Shown here piece by piece: positions 42,684 to 60,930 of a DNA stretch of 64,000 nucleotides (the stretch's first letter is position 1; every line of letters begins with the position of its first letter). The position numbers and the translations under genes are program-made. Where the stretch lies: the NCBI RefSeq assembly GCF_009914755.1, contig NC_060937.1; one strand, 5' to 3'. The notes under the pieces are model-generated. The model was not told the DNA's origin, made no database searches, and was given only the letters and a program-made list of their open reading frames with translations. The DNA comes from the human T2T-CHM13v2.0 reference genome, Homo sapiens.

Positions 42684-43696
42684 ATGAGGAAAAACCAGCA
42701 CAAAAAGGCTGAAAATTCCAAAAGCCTCCTGCAAAGGATCACAGCTCCTTGCCAGCAAGTGAACAAATCTGGACGGAGAATGAGTTTGACGAATTGACAG
42801 AAGTAGGCTTCAGAAGGTGGGTAATAACAAACTCCTCTGAGCTAAAGGAGCATGTTCTAACCCAATGCAAGGAAGCTAAGAACCTTGAAAAAAGGTTACA
42901 GGAATTGCTAACTTGAATGACCAGTTTAGAGAAGAACATAAATGACCTGATAGAGCTGAAAAACACAGCACAAGAACTTCGCGAAGCATACACAAGTATC
43001 AACAGCCAAATCAATCAAGCAGAAGAAAGGATGTCAGAGATTGAAGATCAACTTAATGAAATAAAGTGTGAAGACAAGATTAGAGAGACAAGAATGAAAA
43101 TGAACGAACAAAGCCTCCAAGAAATATGGGACTATGTGAAAAGTCCAAACCTATGTTTGATTGGTATACCTGAAAGTGATGGGGAATATGGATCCAAGTT
43201 GGAAAACACTCTTCAGGATATTATCCAGGAGAACTTCCCCAACCTAGCAAGACAGGCCAACATTCAAATTCAGGAAATACAGAGAAAACCACTAAGATAC
43301 TCCTTGAGAAGAGCAAACCCAAGACACGTAATTGTCAGATTCACCAAGGTAGACATGAAGGAAAAAATGTTAAGGGCAGCCAGAGAGAAAGGTCAGGTTA
43401 CCCACAAAGGGAAGCCCGTCAGACTAATAGCAAATCTCTCTTCAGAAACTCTCCAAGCCAGAAGAGAGTGGGGGCCAATATTCAACATTCTTAAAGGAAA
43501 GAATTTTCAACCCAGAATTTCATATCCAACCAAACTAAGCTTCATAAGCGAAGGAGAAATAAAATCCTTTACAGACAAGCAAATGCTGAGAGATTTCATC
43601 ACCACCAGGCCTGCCTTACAAGAGCTCCTGAAGGAAGCCCTAAATATGGAAAGGAAAAACCAGTACCAGCCACTGCAAAAACATGCCAAATTGTAA
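42684..43696 (+). pseudogene. L1 ORF1p remnant (disrupted near the N-terminus; C-terminal 259 aa open)
   Basis: Starts MRKNQHKKAENSK. ORF 42917..43696 carries LQEIWDYVK, ENFPNLARQ, ARREW, ISYPTKLSF and ends QPLQKHAKL. Confidence 0.9.
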
Positions 43697-43759
43697 AGAC
43701 CATCGACTCTATGAAGAGACTGCATCAACTAATGGGCAAAATAACCAGCTAGCATCATA

Positions 43760-47583
<3,824 letters not shown>

Positions 47584-49569
47584 ACAATGAGAACACATAG
47601 ACACAGGGAGGGGAACATCACACACTGGGGCCTGTGAAGGGATGGGGAGCTAGGGGAGGGATAGCATTAGGAGAAATACCTAATATAGATGATGGGTTGA
47701 TGGGTGCAGCAAACCACCATGGCACGTGTATACCTATGTAACAAACCTACATGTTTGGCACATGTATCCCAGAACTTTAATTAAAAAAAAAAAAGTAGAG
47801 AAAAAAAGCTTCAGAAGAAGCAAACTATTTGAAAAGATGATACATAGTCCACATACCAAGATTATGTACTTTACACATAAATAACCTCCATAGCCATTTC
47901 TGGGGCCTGCTTGGTCCTTATTTTAGGCAGAACCTTAATGAGCTTTATTGTTGCAGTTTAATAAATAAGGATACTTTTAAGAAATTGGTGTACTGCACAG
48001 AGGCAGAAATATGTGCCAGTGGAATTAAGTTATCAAATGAGGAAATGAACAAAACATAGAACTATAAAACTTAAATACAAAGCAAGTGATGCCAGGAGTA
48101 GAAGGAACTTAATTCACTGGCAAATAGTACTAACTTAGAGTCCCTAAGAGCATTGTATTGCAGGACAGGATAACACTTCCGCTATTTCAGTGATAAAGTT
48201 AATAACTTATCAAGAGAAGTTTATGAACTACCTGAATGGGACTCCTGAAAGGCAATATCAGAAGTTCTGCCTTTCTGGTAATGGCTCCCTTAACTGTTTT
48301 TTTATAGAATGTGGGCTGTTATGGTAATGAGAGGGTGCCTAACAAGGAAGGAATTGTAGATCGCATAGCGTGGGGAAAGAAACTATATCGACTTTGGGAA
48401 AAGTTTCAGGTTACTCCTTTGAGCTGTGCTTGCTGTTTCATTTTGCTTTTATGATGGCACGCAGGAGTGAGGTCAGTGTGTTTTTCAGATATTCTGCAAA
48501 TCAATCTGATCTCAGACTTCTTGCTGCTCTCCTGGGGACAACAGCCAAAAGGGATGGGCAGGGGAGTGTGAGAAACTATAAGATGGGGAGACCTAAGAGA
48601 TTTATATGAGAATGAAGAGATATAGTAAGAACTGGAGAGAAAGGAGATTGTGATCACATACTGTTGTATATGTTTGTAGACACATAAATGTTTGTTAAAT
48701 GAATGGCCTATGTTATTGTTTAAGAGCTTAAAGTTGTTTTGAGCTTAAAGTGAAGCTGTATTATTAAGAGCTTAAAGTTGGAATAGTTCTGGGTTCAGAG
48801 TGAGACCACAGAAGTAGGTTGCAAAAAGTAGAGAGGAAGCAAAGGTTGTAGGAATTGAGAAAGTCACAGAACCCTAATAGCTTCATGGTGTAAAGAGAGG
48901 GAGAAAGAAATGTAGCATTCTGTTAGTGCTAAAAGAACACATATATTTCTGATCATATCATTCATTTAACAAATAACTATTAGAGCATCAACCCATGTGC
49001 TAGGTACTATTCCAGGTCCTGGGGGAAAAAAACAATAAATAAAACATTTATTGTGGGCTTTATATTCTGGTAAGGAAGATACACAATATAAAATGTCAGA
49101 TACAGTTTCCTTTCTCTGCAGCCCTTCTCAATTGTGTCTCTGTTCAATAAAGGAAGAAAAAAAAACATGTCTTTGCCTACTTAGAAATTAGGTGGCATCT
49201 GTGGTTAAGTGGTCAGACTATGCTAATGCCTCATTTAATTATATTTTATTGCCTTATCTGTATTTTAATTTTTATGAACACTGACAAATTTGAATTATAT
49301 TTTATCTTTTTTTTCCTTTTCACAACGTACTTATTTTATTTTACATCACAACCAGTGTACCCTGTTGGTGTGAAATCTGACCTCTACATGATGGCCATTT
49401 CTTAGCACCTAAGCCTCTGGAGACTTAGCAAATAGTTTTGAAGTCTGTTGCCTTCCTCTGAAGTTACTGGCTGCTTGAGGTAGTGGAGTTCACCATGCTC
49501 TTGGTTCTTGTCTGGCTTTTTTTTTTCCCCTCTTCTGTCTACATCTTAGGTTTGGGGGTTTTTTTTGTT

Positions 49570-49765
49570 TGTTTTTTTAATTGTGGTAAAACACACATAA
49601 CATAAAATTACCATCTTAACCTTTTTTAAGTATACAGTTTAATGGCATTAGGTACATTTACAGCATTGCACTACCAGCTCCACCCTCCATCCACAGAACT
49701 CTTCATCTTGCTGAAAACTGAAGCTCTGAACCTGTTAAATAATAGCTCTCCATTTTCCTCTCCCC
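49570..49765 (-). mobile_element. L1MB 3' end fragment
   Basis: ttgtggtaaaacacacataacataaaattaccatcttaacc...gcattaggtacatttaca. Confidence 0.72.
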
Positions 49766-51122
49766 TAAGCTTATCTTTGTATTTTAAATGTTCTTACTCA
49801 TCAGAAAAGTGGTTTTAATTTCATAAATAATTTAGCCATTTATTTTTAATCAAATAAATATCTTGTCGTAAACAACAACAAAAAAGACACTAGAAGACCT
49901 ATGGCTTCTATGCCCACAAAGTAGATAAGAACATGGAATCTGAAGCCAAGTTGCCCAAGTGCAAATACTAGCTCCCTCACTTTCTACCTATATGACCCTG
50001 GGCAAGTTATTTAACATCTCTATGTCTCAGTTTCTCCATCTGAAAAATTGAAATAATAATAGTATGTAGCATTGTTCCAAGGATCAAATAGTTCATATAT
50101 GTTCCTTGAGAAACTTAACATTTAAATTATAGAGTAAGACATATGCATCTGGAAAATTAACATTTCAGTGTTACAAATATCCAGCAAGTGATACAGAATA
50201 AATGCAGTAGAAATTATAGGAGAGAGAGATCACTGAGATTGTGGTACCTAGGGAAGAGTTCATGGAGGAACAGTCAAACGGTATCTTCCACAGACTCCTA
50301 GCCCCACACTTCCACCAGTGTTTGCACATCTGCAGTTATGTGCTCTGCTTCTCATCCAGCCCACAAACTCTGTTTCCTCATCTGTAACACAAACTTTCCT
50401 GCTCCTGTCCAGACCCGGTTCCCCCACTGGGATACTGGAACCCATCCCATTTTGCCTGTGTAAGGACACATTACTCTAGCATTTTTCTTTTCTCTCTTCT
50501 GTGTTATCAATATCTTGTTCTCTGCTAGATTATTTTCATTAGTATCTTGAGCCTTTTGTAATTTCACTCCTGAAAACAACAAAACATCAAAGTTTCTTGA
50601 CTTCACTACTTGTATGAGCCACCACCCTATTTCTGTATTCCCCTTTGCAGCAGAACATTTTAAAATTGTGCAGTTAGCTCTAATTCTTCTCCTTACTTTC
50701 TCACTTAAACCCACTGCAGTTGGGCTTTGACCCTATGACTATACCAAAACTGCCCTCTTCAAGGTCACAGTAATGTCTACATTGCTAAATCCAGTGGTCA
50801 GATTCTTAGTCTTCCTCTTGTTTGACCTATCAGCAGCATTTGACACAGTTAATCCTTCCTCCTTGACATGCTTCACCAAACTTCAGACTCTATACACTGT
50901 CTTAGTTTTCCTTCTGCCTCGCTTGGTCATCCCTTCCCAATCTTTCCAGAATTGCAGACTAGTATATCTTAACAGTCTATTCAACATTTCCACTAAGTTG
51001 TCTTATAAACTCTTCAAACTCACAAGTGCAAAACTTGAAACTCCAAATCTCTTCCCCTGAAAAAAACTTGTTCTACTCCACAGCCTTCCTCATCACATTG
51101 ATGGAAGACTATTGTTCCCTAA

Positions 51123-51475
<353 letters not shown>

Positions 51476-51672
51476 TTCTACTTTTAAATATATGCAGAAT
51501 GTGGGTCACTTCTCACCATCTCCACTGCTGCTTCCCTGGTCTTAGCTGTGATCATCTCTTGCCTAGATTACTACAGTAGCTTTCTGAATGGTTTCCCTGC
51601 TTTTGTCTTTGCCTCCCTACGATCTCTTCTCAACTCAGCAGCCAGAATAGTCCTGTCAAATATAAGGTTACA

Positions 51673-51877
51673 TCAGGAATTCTCAACCATAGTAATGTAA
51701 ACATTTGAGGTGGGGTGATGTTTTTGTTGCCCTCTGTGTTGTAGGTTATTTAGCAGTATTCCGGGCCTCTCTACTTTCTAGGTGTTAATAGTGCACCTCC
51801 CCCACTGCCCCGAGTTGTGACAACTATAAATGTCTCCAGACCCTACCACATATCCTCTAGGAGTCAGAAACACTAGA
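51673..51877 (-). mobile_element. MER20 (hAT-Charlie) relic
   Basis: tttagcagtattccgggcctct...agttgtgacaactataaatgtctccagac. Confidence 0.72.
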
Positions 51878-53996
51878 TTTTATCACTCTTCTGCCCAAAA
51901 CTTTGTGATGATTTCCCATTCCACTGACAGTAAATGATGAACTCCAACTCCTTAATAGTAGCCTGTGTCGTGGTGCCTGACCTGACCACCCTATCACCGC
52001 TTCATTTCTTTGACTTCATCTGCTTCTGCCTTTGCTCCTTTATACTCATGCAGTCACACCAGCTTCCTTTCATCCCTTGGGTATAATCAGCCCCACTTCT
52101 ACCTTAGGGGCTTTATTCTAACTGTTCCCTCTTCCTAGAACAAATCTTCCAGATTTCTACATAGTTAATTCCTCCACTTCCTTCAAGTTTCTGCTTAAGC
52201 TTTTCTTTGCCAGTAAGGCCTACTCTGATCCCTGTGTTTATTCTGTAACCTGCTCCTTTCTCACAACACTTCTAATAGCCCTTACCTGCTATGCCTTTTC
52301 CATAGTATTTATCACCTTGCAACATGCTAAGTAACTTACTTGTTGTGTTTGTCTGCCCCTGTTAGTGTGGGTTCCCCACAAATATTTAATATATCATTCT
52401 GAGGTTTTTCCCTCTTTGAATTATCAGTTTGTTTTGCTGAAAAATAGTGTTTTAAATGAGTGGAGAAGGTAAAGTTAGAGCTAGAATTGGAAGGATAGAC
52501 AAGATTATTATAGATTAAAGGGAAGCAAAGTGAAGAAGAATAATTGCATAAATAAAAGTACAGGGTATAGAAATGTATAGTCACTGTGAAAACAGGTTTT
52601 TTATTATACCAGCCTGACTGCAGTTAATGGTTCAGGATTTGTTGCAAAAGAACGATACAACTTAGAAGGTAGTTTGGAACCAGGTTGAATGAATATGAAG
52701 TACAAGCCTCTTGGAAATGGCTCCGTTTTTTAAGATTTGTGAATTGGAGAGTGATAAAGGTGAAATGAGTATTGTGACAGATACTGTGATTTGGCTCACT
52801 TAAAATCCATTTCAAACTTCTTCCAGTGTTCGTTCCTGTAGGGTAGAAGCTAAAAAGCTATCAGCAGTTCCCAGATTCCCTTCAGGTAGGGTTCTAGATA
52901 TTGTTTAGTTCCCATCAATCATATATGTTTGCTTGAGACTTAAATTCAGAACTGAGTTAAATAGGGAGAAAGGGGTCTGAGGCATCCATTTTGCTGAAAA
53001 CAAGGCATTATGGTTCTAGACCCAGCATATTAAAAACAGTTAATTCATTTGGTCATCTAGTCCCCTGTTAGAAGAGTCATGTCACACTCCAGTAGGTAAG
53101 GATAGTTTAATAATCTAATTAATGTTTGTAATTTAGGCTTATCTATACCCAGATAAGTGTGTTTTCTAGTATACCTATACCTACCAAGCACATATATTTA
53201 TAAAATAATTTGCTATCCTTAAGCATAATAAAACTTTGCCTTCCTGAAAATCAGGATTTGCCTTTAAATTAGCACTTAACATTATGATCATTTTCTGTTT
53301 CCTGAGGAAGGTATTAGCCATTTGTTATACCTTAATAATTACCATATAAGTCTAAAAGAATAAGGGCCTTATTTTAGTGAGGGATTTCTAATTTTAAGAT
53401 AAAGTCCTTTAATTTTTTAGGGTTTCCTGTGTGTCTTTGCAGCTCTAGTAAGGTTCAAAGAGGAGTAAGTCTTGTCATTTAAAAAAATTTATCCCCACGG
53501 TGTAATTCCTGTTTTTTGTTTTTTGGTTTTTTTTTTTTAGTTTGTAATTTCTAAGCCTCAAAGCCACAGATATTTTTCCTAGCTAGGAGTTAATATAGTA
53601 ATATTCAGTATTTGTGTCCCTTGAAATGATCAGCTGTTAAAATTGTCCTGGTCATGGTCATAAGAATTTTACATCCAAATTCTAACATGTCATTGATTAT
53701 CTGATTGAGTCTGGATCCAGTTGTTTTGTTTTCTATTTGGTCTTTCCACAACTTGTTTTCCCCTACTCCTAGTCATAATATAGAAAAGGAAATTGATTCC
53801 TGAACCTCTTGTGTCTAAACCAAAATTACTCCATCAGGAAATGCACATAACACATAGGATAAATATCTAGTATCATAACTTATTAGGTTACTCTTTAGCT
53901 TGTCTAATCAGTGTTTTAAGATTTATATTGAATTGTATAACAAAAACTAATTCATTTTGTTTAGTGCTAATTTACATGTACCAATATATTTAATAA

Positions 53997-54411
<415 letters not shown>

Positions 54412-54433
54412 TAATCTGATGTTCATTTTGTAG

Positions 54434-54671
54434 GTTATTGAAGACAATGGTGTTCGAAGAGTTGTCGTGGTCCCTCAGGCACCAGAGTTTCACCCTGGTA
54501 GTCACACAGTTCTCCACCGTTCTCCACATCCTCCTCTACCTGGTTTCATTCCTGTCCCAACTATGATGCCGCCTCCACCACGTCATATGTACTCACCCGT
54601 GACTGGAGCTGGAGACATGACAACACAGTATATGCCACAGTATCAGTCTTCACAAGTCTATGGAGATGTAG
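54434..54671 (+). CDS. FNDC3A: FNDC3A internal coding exon (238 nt, phase 0 to 1): VIEDNGVRRVVVVPQAPEFHPGSH...QSSQVYGDV
   Basis: ttttgtag|GTT ... GTA G|gtaaga. Overlaps ORF 54467..54730. Proline-rich sequence recognised as FNDC3A. Confidence 0.97.
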
Positions 54672-55679
54672 GTAAGACATCTAAAAGTATTCCACTGTTA
54701 TTGAGTTGGATATTCTTCGCTTGGATATAATAGATGCCATTATCATATCACATTAAAAAAACAGCAAATGGTAATGATGTAACAGGCATTTTTCTTTTAC
54801 TCAAGTACTATATTAGGTGCTTCATCCTCATGATCACCCTTCAAGGCAGGTAAGTAAACAGAAAAATCAAAGAAGGGAAGTAACTTATATCATGCAGCAC
54901 TACTTAGTGGTGCCACATTCAAACAAGAGGTCTTTTCCTCTGGCCTGCAATCTAGGCACTGAGAAAATTTTCAGCCAGGAATAACCATGTCATTGTTAAA
55001 TCCTATTGGCTGTGATGCCACTACACAAAGCTGCTAAGCTCTGTGAGGGATTGAAAAAACAGGATAAGCCATAACCTCTGCCCTCAGGGAGTTAATAAAT
55101 TTGGGGAAAGTTAATAAATAAAGTTAATAAATATATAGGCTACCAAACATAAACACAAAATAATACCTTATTATGTCCCATAGCTTTAAACACTGCCTTA
55201 AACAGTGCCAGACTTATTCCTGACTGCCTTCTCGATAACTTCACATGGATGTCTCTTGCATTTCAGAATATTTCTAAACAGAAATGTCAAATGTGGACCC
55301 CCACGACTTGCTTTTTTTCCGTCCCTTCATCTCAGTAGGTGGTCCACTAGTCACTTAGTTTGCTCAAATGAAAGCCAGATGGTCAAATTTGATTTCTCCT
55401 TTTCCAACCCTTACATCAATTAGTATCAGTTTTATTTTCAGAATTTTCTGAAATTTTTTTTACTACTTCCCCACTGCCACTCAAATCCATCCACCATCAG
55501 CTCTTGCCAGGACAACTGCAACAATGGCCTTCCAGTTGGTTTTGTTTCCATTCTTGCCCTCAATAATCAATTCTCAGCCACAGTAATTATTTTCAAATAT
55601 TAATCAGACTGTTCTGTTTAAACTATTTCAGTGATTTCCCATTGCAATTAGAATAAAATCCTAAACCCTTCCCCTAGAC

Positions 55680-55923
55680 TAGGGTTTCTCAAACATGCCA
55701 CTATTGATGTTTTAGGACGGATAAGTCTTCATTGTAGAGGACAAAACTCTGCACTGTAGGATGTTTAAAGGCATCCCTGGCCTCTACTCACTAACTGCCA
55801 TTGTGTAGCACAGTTGTAGCACACAACTCTGACACAACATTTTAAATATTCTGACATCTAAAAATATCTCCAGACATTTCCAAATGATCCCTAGGAACCA
55901 AAATTAGTTCTGGTTGCAAACTG
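55680..55923 (-). mobile_element. MER20 (hAT-Charlie) relic
   Basis: agggtttctcaa...cactattga...tgtaggatgtttaaaggcatccctggcctctac...tctccagacatttccaaatg. Confidence 0.78.
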
Positions 55924-57274
55924 CTCTTGCAATGTTCTGCCCTGTGGCCCCTGACTTCCTTGTCCCATTGCTTCCCCTTAGTCCCCTTATTTCTTCAGTT
56001 TTTCAAAACCACCAAGTTCTTTCTTGCCTCGGTCCCTGTGTACATGGTGTTCTCTCTGCCTTTTCTGTAAATTTCCTTTAACCTTTGGATTTCAGTTTTC
56101 AGAGAGACCTTCCTGATCTTACCTTGTTAGTCTCTAGCACTGAACTTTGTATCTTTCACAGAACTTAACACAATTTCTTTTTTGTCATTGTGTATTTGTA
56201 TGGCTGTCTCCCTTATTTGACTATCAACTCCCTAAGAACTGAATCTATTTTAATCACTATTGTTTCCCTGCACTTAGCATTGCCTGTCACTTATGCTCAG
56301 TACATTTGCAGAAGAAATAACTTCAAATACAAAATTGAAATTACACAACACAGCCTGTAAATAGTGGATATATTGTACACATCATATGTATTTGTCAAAC
56401 TTATTTCTATTGCCCAAGTAATGCAAATTGGTTCAGTAGCTCTGGGTAGTGCTTGAGATTCTGCATTTCTAACAAGCCCCTAGGAGATGTTCATGCTGTG
56501 CTCCAAGGAACATACTTTTGAGTACCAAAAGTTTATACTGCAGATTAGTCTCATCCTATTTTTGTTTACTGCTAATTATGACTTAGTTTTAAAAATATTA
56601 ATTTTTTCTTATAATCTGAGAAAACTATAAGAAAAAGCTAGTATTACAATTATTACTATTTTGCATTGTTAAAACCCCTTGTTATTCTGTAGGGATATGC
56701 ATTAGAATACATGGATGTGATCTACATTGATATGAAGGAAAGTGAAGGGCACAAATCCACAAATTAGCTACCCAGTGGTAAAAGGGAGGAGTCATGTTGT
56801 ACTTGAGGTTATAAGCCAGAGATTCTACCACTAAATGCTAATTATTGACAGTACTGGTTTTCTAACCAATGGCTATACCTCCGTGATGTCCTTTCCATGC
56901 ACAATCCATATGGATTCTCAAAGTGGAATCTGATCCAGCATTTCACTGTTAGCAGTACCATTAGTGAGCCTGAACCTTGCTAGGCACTATGCTCACACAT
57001 GTATTATCTCACTTAATTTTCAATAAAATTCTGCAAAATTCAAATGAGGAAACCGAGGCTCAGAAATGTTAAGTAATTTCTGCAAGGCCACACTGCTAGT
57101 TAATTGCTCAGAATTTTAACCCTCTCAGATCTATTCAATGATTAAGTTCCTTCTCTTTCTACTATAATATATTCTTTTTTCTCTTCCATGGTAGCTTTAT
57201 TATTTTGAATAATAGATAAAGCATTTTAAAGTATGTACTAATTGATCTAATTGATTGCAGTTGCTATTTTTCTT

Positions 57275-58850
57275 AACTTTTTGTCGAGATATAATTTAGG
57301 TAACAGTTCATCATTTTACACTTCAGTGGTTTTTAATATATTTACTTTATTGTGCAACATATGCAACTCAATGTTTTCTATATTCAGTATGTACTGTATT
57401 AAGTACCACTGTCTAATTCCAGAACATTTCTATCATCCCAAAAAAGAAACTGTGCATATTAACAGTCAGTCCCAACTCTCTGTTCCTTCACATCCCATGA
57501 TCTACTTTCTGTCTGTATGGGTTTGCCTATTCTAGACTTCATATAAATATACATATAAGTATTTCATATAAAAATTTCATTAAAATGTTCATACAGTATG
57601 TAGACTTTTGTGTCTAGTTTTTTTTCACTTAATGTCATGTTTTCAAAGTTCATGTTCTCACATATAATAGTACTTCGTTCCTTTTTATGGCTGCAATAAT
57701 ATTGCATTCTGTTGATTACATTTTATCACTCATTAGCTGATGGACCTTTGGGTTGTTTTCACTTTTTGTCTATGAACAATACTGCTGTGACCATTTGTGT
57801 AAAAGTTTTTGTGTTGACATATTTTCATTTCTTCCGGGTATGTGCCTCAGAGTGGAATTGCTGGGTCATATGTTAATTCTATATTACTTTTCCACAGTGA
57901 CTACACCATTTTATATTCCTACCAGCAATGTATGAGGGTTCCAATTTCTTTGCCAAAACTTGATATCGTCTGTCTTTTGATTGTAGGCATCCTGAATAAA
58001 TTTCTCTCTCATTATGGTTTTGATTTGCTTTTCCCTAATGCTACTAATGTTGATCATCTTTTCATGTGCTTATTGGCCATTTGTATATTTTCTTTTCCTT
58101 TTTTTTTTTTTTTTTTTTTTTGAGATGGAGTTTCACTCTTTTTTTTTTTTTTTTTTTTTTTTTTGAGACAGAGTCTCGCTCTGTCGCCCAGGCTGGAGTG
58201 CAGTGGCATGATCTCGGCTCACTGCAACCTCTGCCCTCTGCCTCCCAGGTTCAAATGATTCTCCTGCCTCAGCCTCGCGAATAGCTGGGATTACAGGTGC
58301 GCGCCACCACGCCCGGCTAATTTTTTGTATTTTTAGTAGAGATGGGATTTCACCATCTTGGCCAGGCCGGTCTTGAACTCCTGACCTTGTGATCCACCTG
58401 CCTCACCCTCCCAAAGTGCTGGGATTACAGGCGTGAGCCACTGCGCCCAGCCCCATTCATATATTTTCTTTGGAGAAATGTCTATTTGAATTCTTCACCC
58501 ATTTTTTAAATGGGTGGGATATTTGTCTTTTTATTGTTGAAAGGTAAGAGTATATATATTCTGGATACAAGTTCCTTATCAGATATATGATTTCCTCCCT
58601 TGTTGTTTTTTCACTTTCCTTGTGGTATCCTTTAGTGCAGAAAAGTTTTTAATTCTGATGAAATCTAATTTTTTCTTTGATTGCTTGTGTTTTTGGTGTC
58701 TCGTCTAAGAAACTATTGCCAAATCCAAGGTCATAGAGGCGTGTTTTCTTCTAAGAGTTCTATAGTTTAATCTCTTACATTTGGGTCATTGATTCATTTG
58801 AATTAATTTTTGTATATGGTGTGAGGTAGAGGTCCACGTTCATTCTAATG
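57275..58850 (-). mobile_element. L1MB/L1MC-type 3' fragment (interrupted by Alu)
   Basis: agagtggaattgctgggtcatatg, cattttatattcctaccagcaatgtatgagggttcca, tttcatgtgcttattggccattt, ttggagaaatgtctatt. Confidence 0.85.
58099..58452 (-). mobile_element. Composite Alu with two poly-T tails inside an L1M fragment
   Basis: Poly-T + gagatggagtttcactc + poly-T + full Alu. TSD approximately ccatt..tatattttcttt. Confidence 0.92.
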
Positions 58851-59629
58851 TTATTGTACATATCCTTATAATACTCATTTCAAAAATACTGTACTAATTT
58901 TCTTAAGGCACTGCTAAATTAAAACTTTTTACTGAGGCTTTTAAAAAATATTTTTCTCATCACAAATTTTAAATTTAAAAAACTCTGGGGACAATTGAAT
59001 TAATATTTATTGAGCATAATGACTTAATTATGTTCCTATGTGACTTTTATTAGAATGAGTGGATTCTTCTAAATCACAACCTTGAGTTTATAGTATCTGA
59101 AGATACATTATATGTAGATTGTTATTGTTAAACAGTCTAAATCATTTCTTTTGGCTAACTTTTTTTCAGTGATGATTGCTTTTTTGAGTTATAAGGGAAT
59201 TTAGGCAGGCAGTGGTTTTCTTTTTACCTATTTTATGTGTTTAAGGTTCAAAAAGATGTGAAAAGTAATAGTTACTAAAGAGTAAAAGAAAAAGAACTGT
59301 GGACTGCTCAGCTCCAGTCTCATTCCTCACCTACAATAATCATAAGTTACCACCAAGCTGTTTCTATGGAGATTAATAATTAGTTGAGAACAGAAGGAAA
59401 TAAATCTCTCTGTAAATTTACTTGAGAGAGAGATATATATAATTAGAATAAATCACAAAGCTTGGTTCTGATAGTTTATGGAGACACAAAGGTTGCTTTG
59501 TTATGCAAAATTCTTTTAAATATTTTATAAAAGTTTTATATGATAGATTTATTTTCTGTTCTTTTTTCATGGCATAAACTTATTTGGAGAAAGTGATCTT
59601 CTTAACATTTTGTTTTTATTGCCTCCTAG

Positions 59630-59899
59630 ATGCTCACTCTACACATGGAAGGTCCAACTTTAGAGATGAACGATCTAGTAAAACATATGAACGTTTGCAG
59701 AAAAAATTGAAGGATCGCCAAGGAACACAGAAAGATAAAATGAGCAGTCCACCATCATCACCCCAGAAATGCCCTTCTCCCATTAATGAACATAATGGAC
59801 TTATAAAAGGACAAATTGCTGGTGGTATAAACACAGGATCAGCAAAAATCAAGTCTGGGAAGGGGAAAGGTGGTACACAAGTTGATACAGAAATTGAAG
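59630..59899 (+). CDS. FNDC3A: FNDC3A internal coding exon (270 nt, phase 1 to 1): (D)AHSTHGRSNFRDERSSKTYERLQKKLKDRQ...TQVDTEIE
   Basis: gcctcctag|AT ... GAA G|gtaact. Overlaps ORF 59584..59919 and is phase-compatible with both neighbours. Confidence 0.97.
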
Positions 59900-60185
59900 G
59901 TAACTGTTTGAAGTACTGAACTGTTCTCATTGATGCTATTCTCGTGATTTAACCTACTAAAAGTATATTCTAACCTTTCAGTCATTTTGTCATGGTCCAA
60001 ATAGACTGTTACAGGCTGCTGCTTTCGACAGTTTGGAAAGCCTCAATTAGTAATTTCATCTATATCGTAAATTTTACTGACTGAAATTTCTATTTGATAG
60101 GAAAACTCAGAGAACATTAATCCAGATTCCTTTCTTCTGATTCTGGGTGTTTGATAAGGCTATGCTGCTGGTTTTTAATCAAAAC

Positions 60186-60423
60186 TTTTTTTTTTTGAGA
60201 CAGGGTCTTGCTTTGTCACCCAGGCTGGAGTGGCACGATCATAGATAACTGCAGCTGGAAACTACAGGCATACACCACCACACCCAGCTAATTTTTTAAT
60301 TTTTAGTAGAGACAGGGTCTCGCTGTTTTGCCCATGCTGGTCTCGATCTCCTGGGCTCAAGCAGTCCTCCCATCTTGGCCTCTCAAAGTGCTGCAATTAT
60401 AGGCCTGAGCCACCGTCCCCAAC
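60186..60423 (-). mobile_element. Alu (AluJ-like, internal deletions)
   Basis: Alu blocks; TSD atcaaaacttttt on both sides. Confidence 0.88.
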
Positions 60424-60522
60424 CTATCAAAACTTTTTATTTCTCCCACCTTCTTTTTGAGTAAAACCTTGATAGCAAATAGTTATATCATTTACTAATC
60501 TCTCTATATACTCTGTAATTAG

Positions 60523-60930
<408 letters not shown>

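Noticed and set aside
41446-43014. Cluster of longer minus- and plus-strand ORFs (e.g. 42090..42758, 222 aa)
   Set aside because: They lie in the GC-rich L1 5' UTR or antisense to ORF1, with no independent coding signal. I cannot support an ORF0 call.
59634-59930. 98-aa antisense ORF over an FNDC3A exon
   Set aside because: A shadow ORF of the real coding exon.
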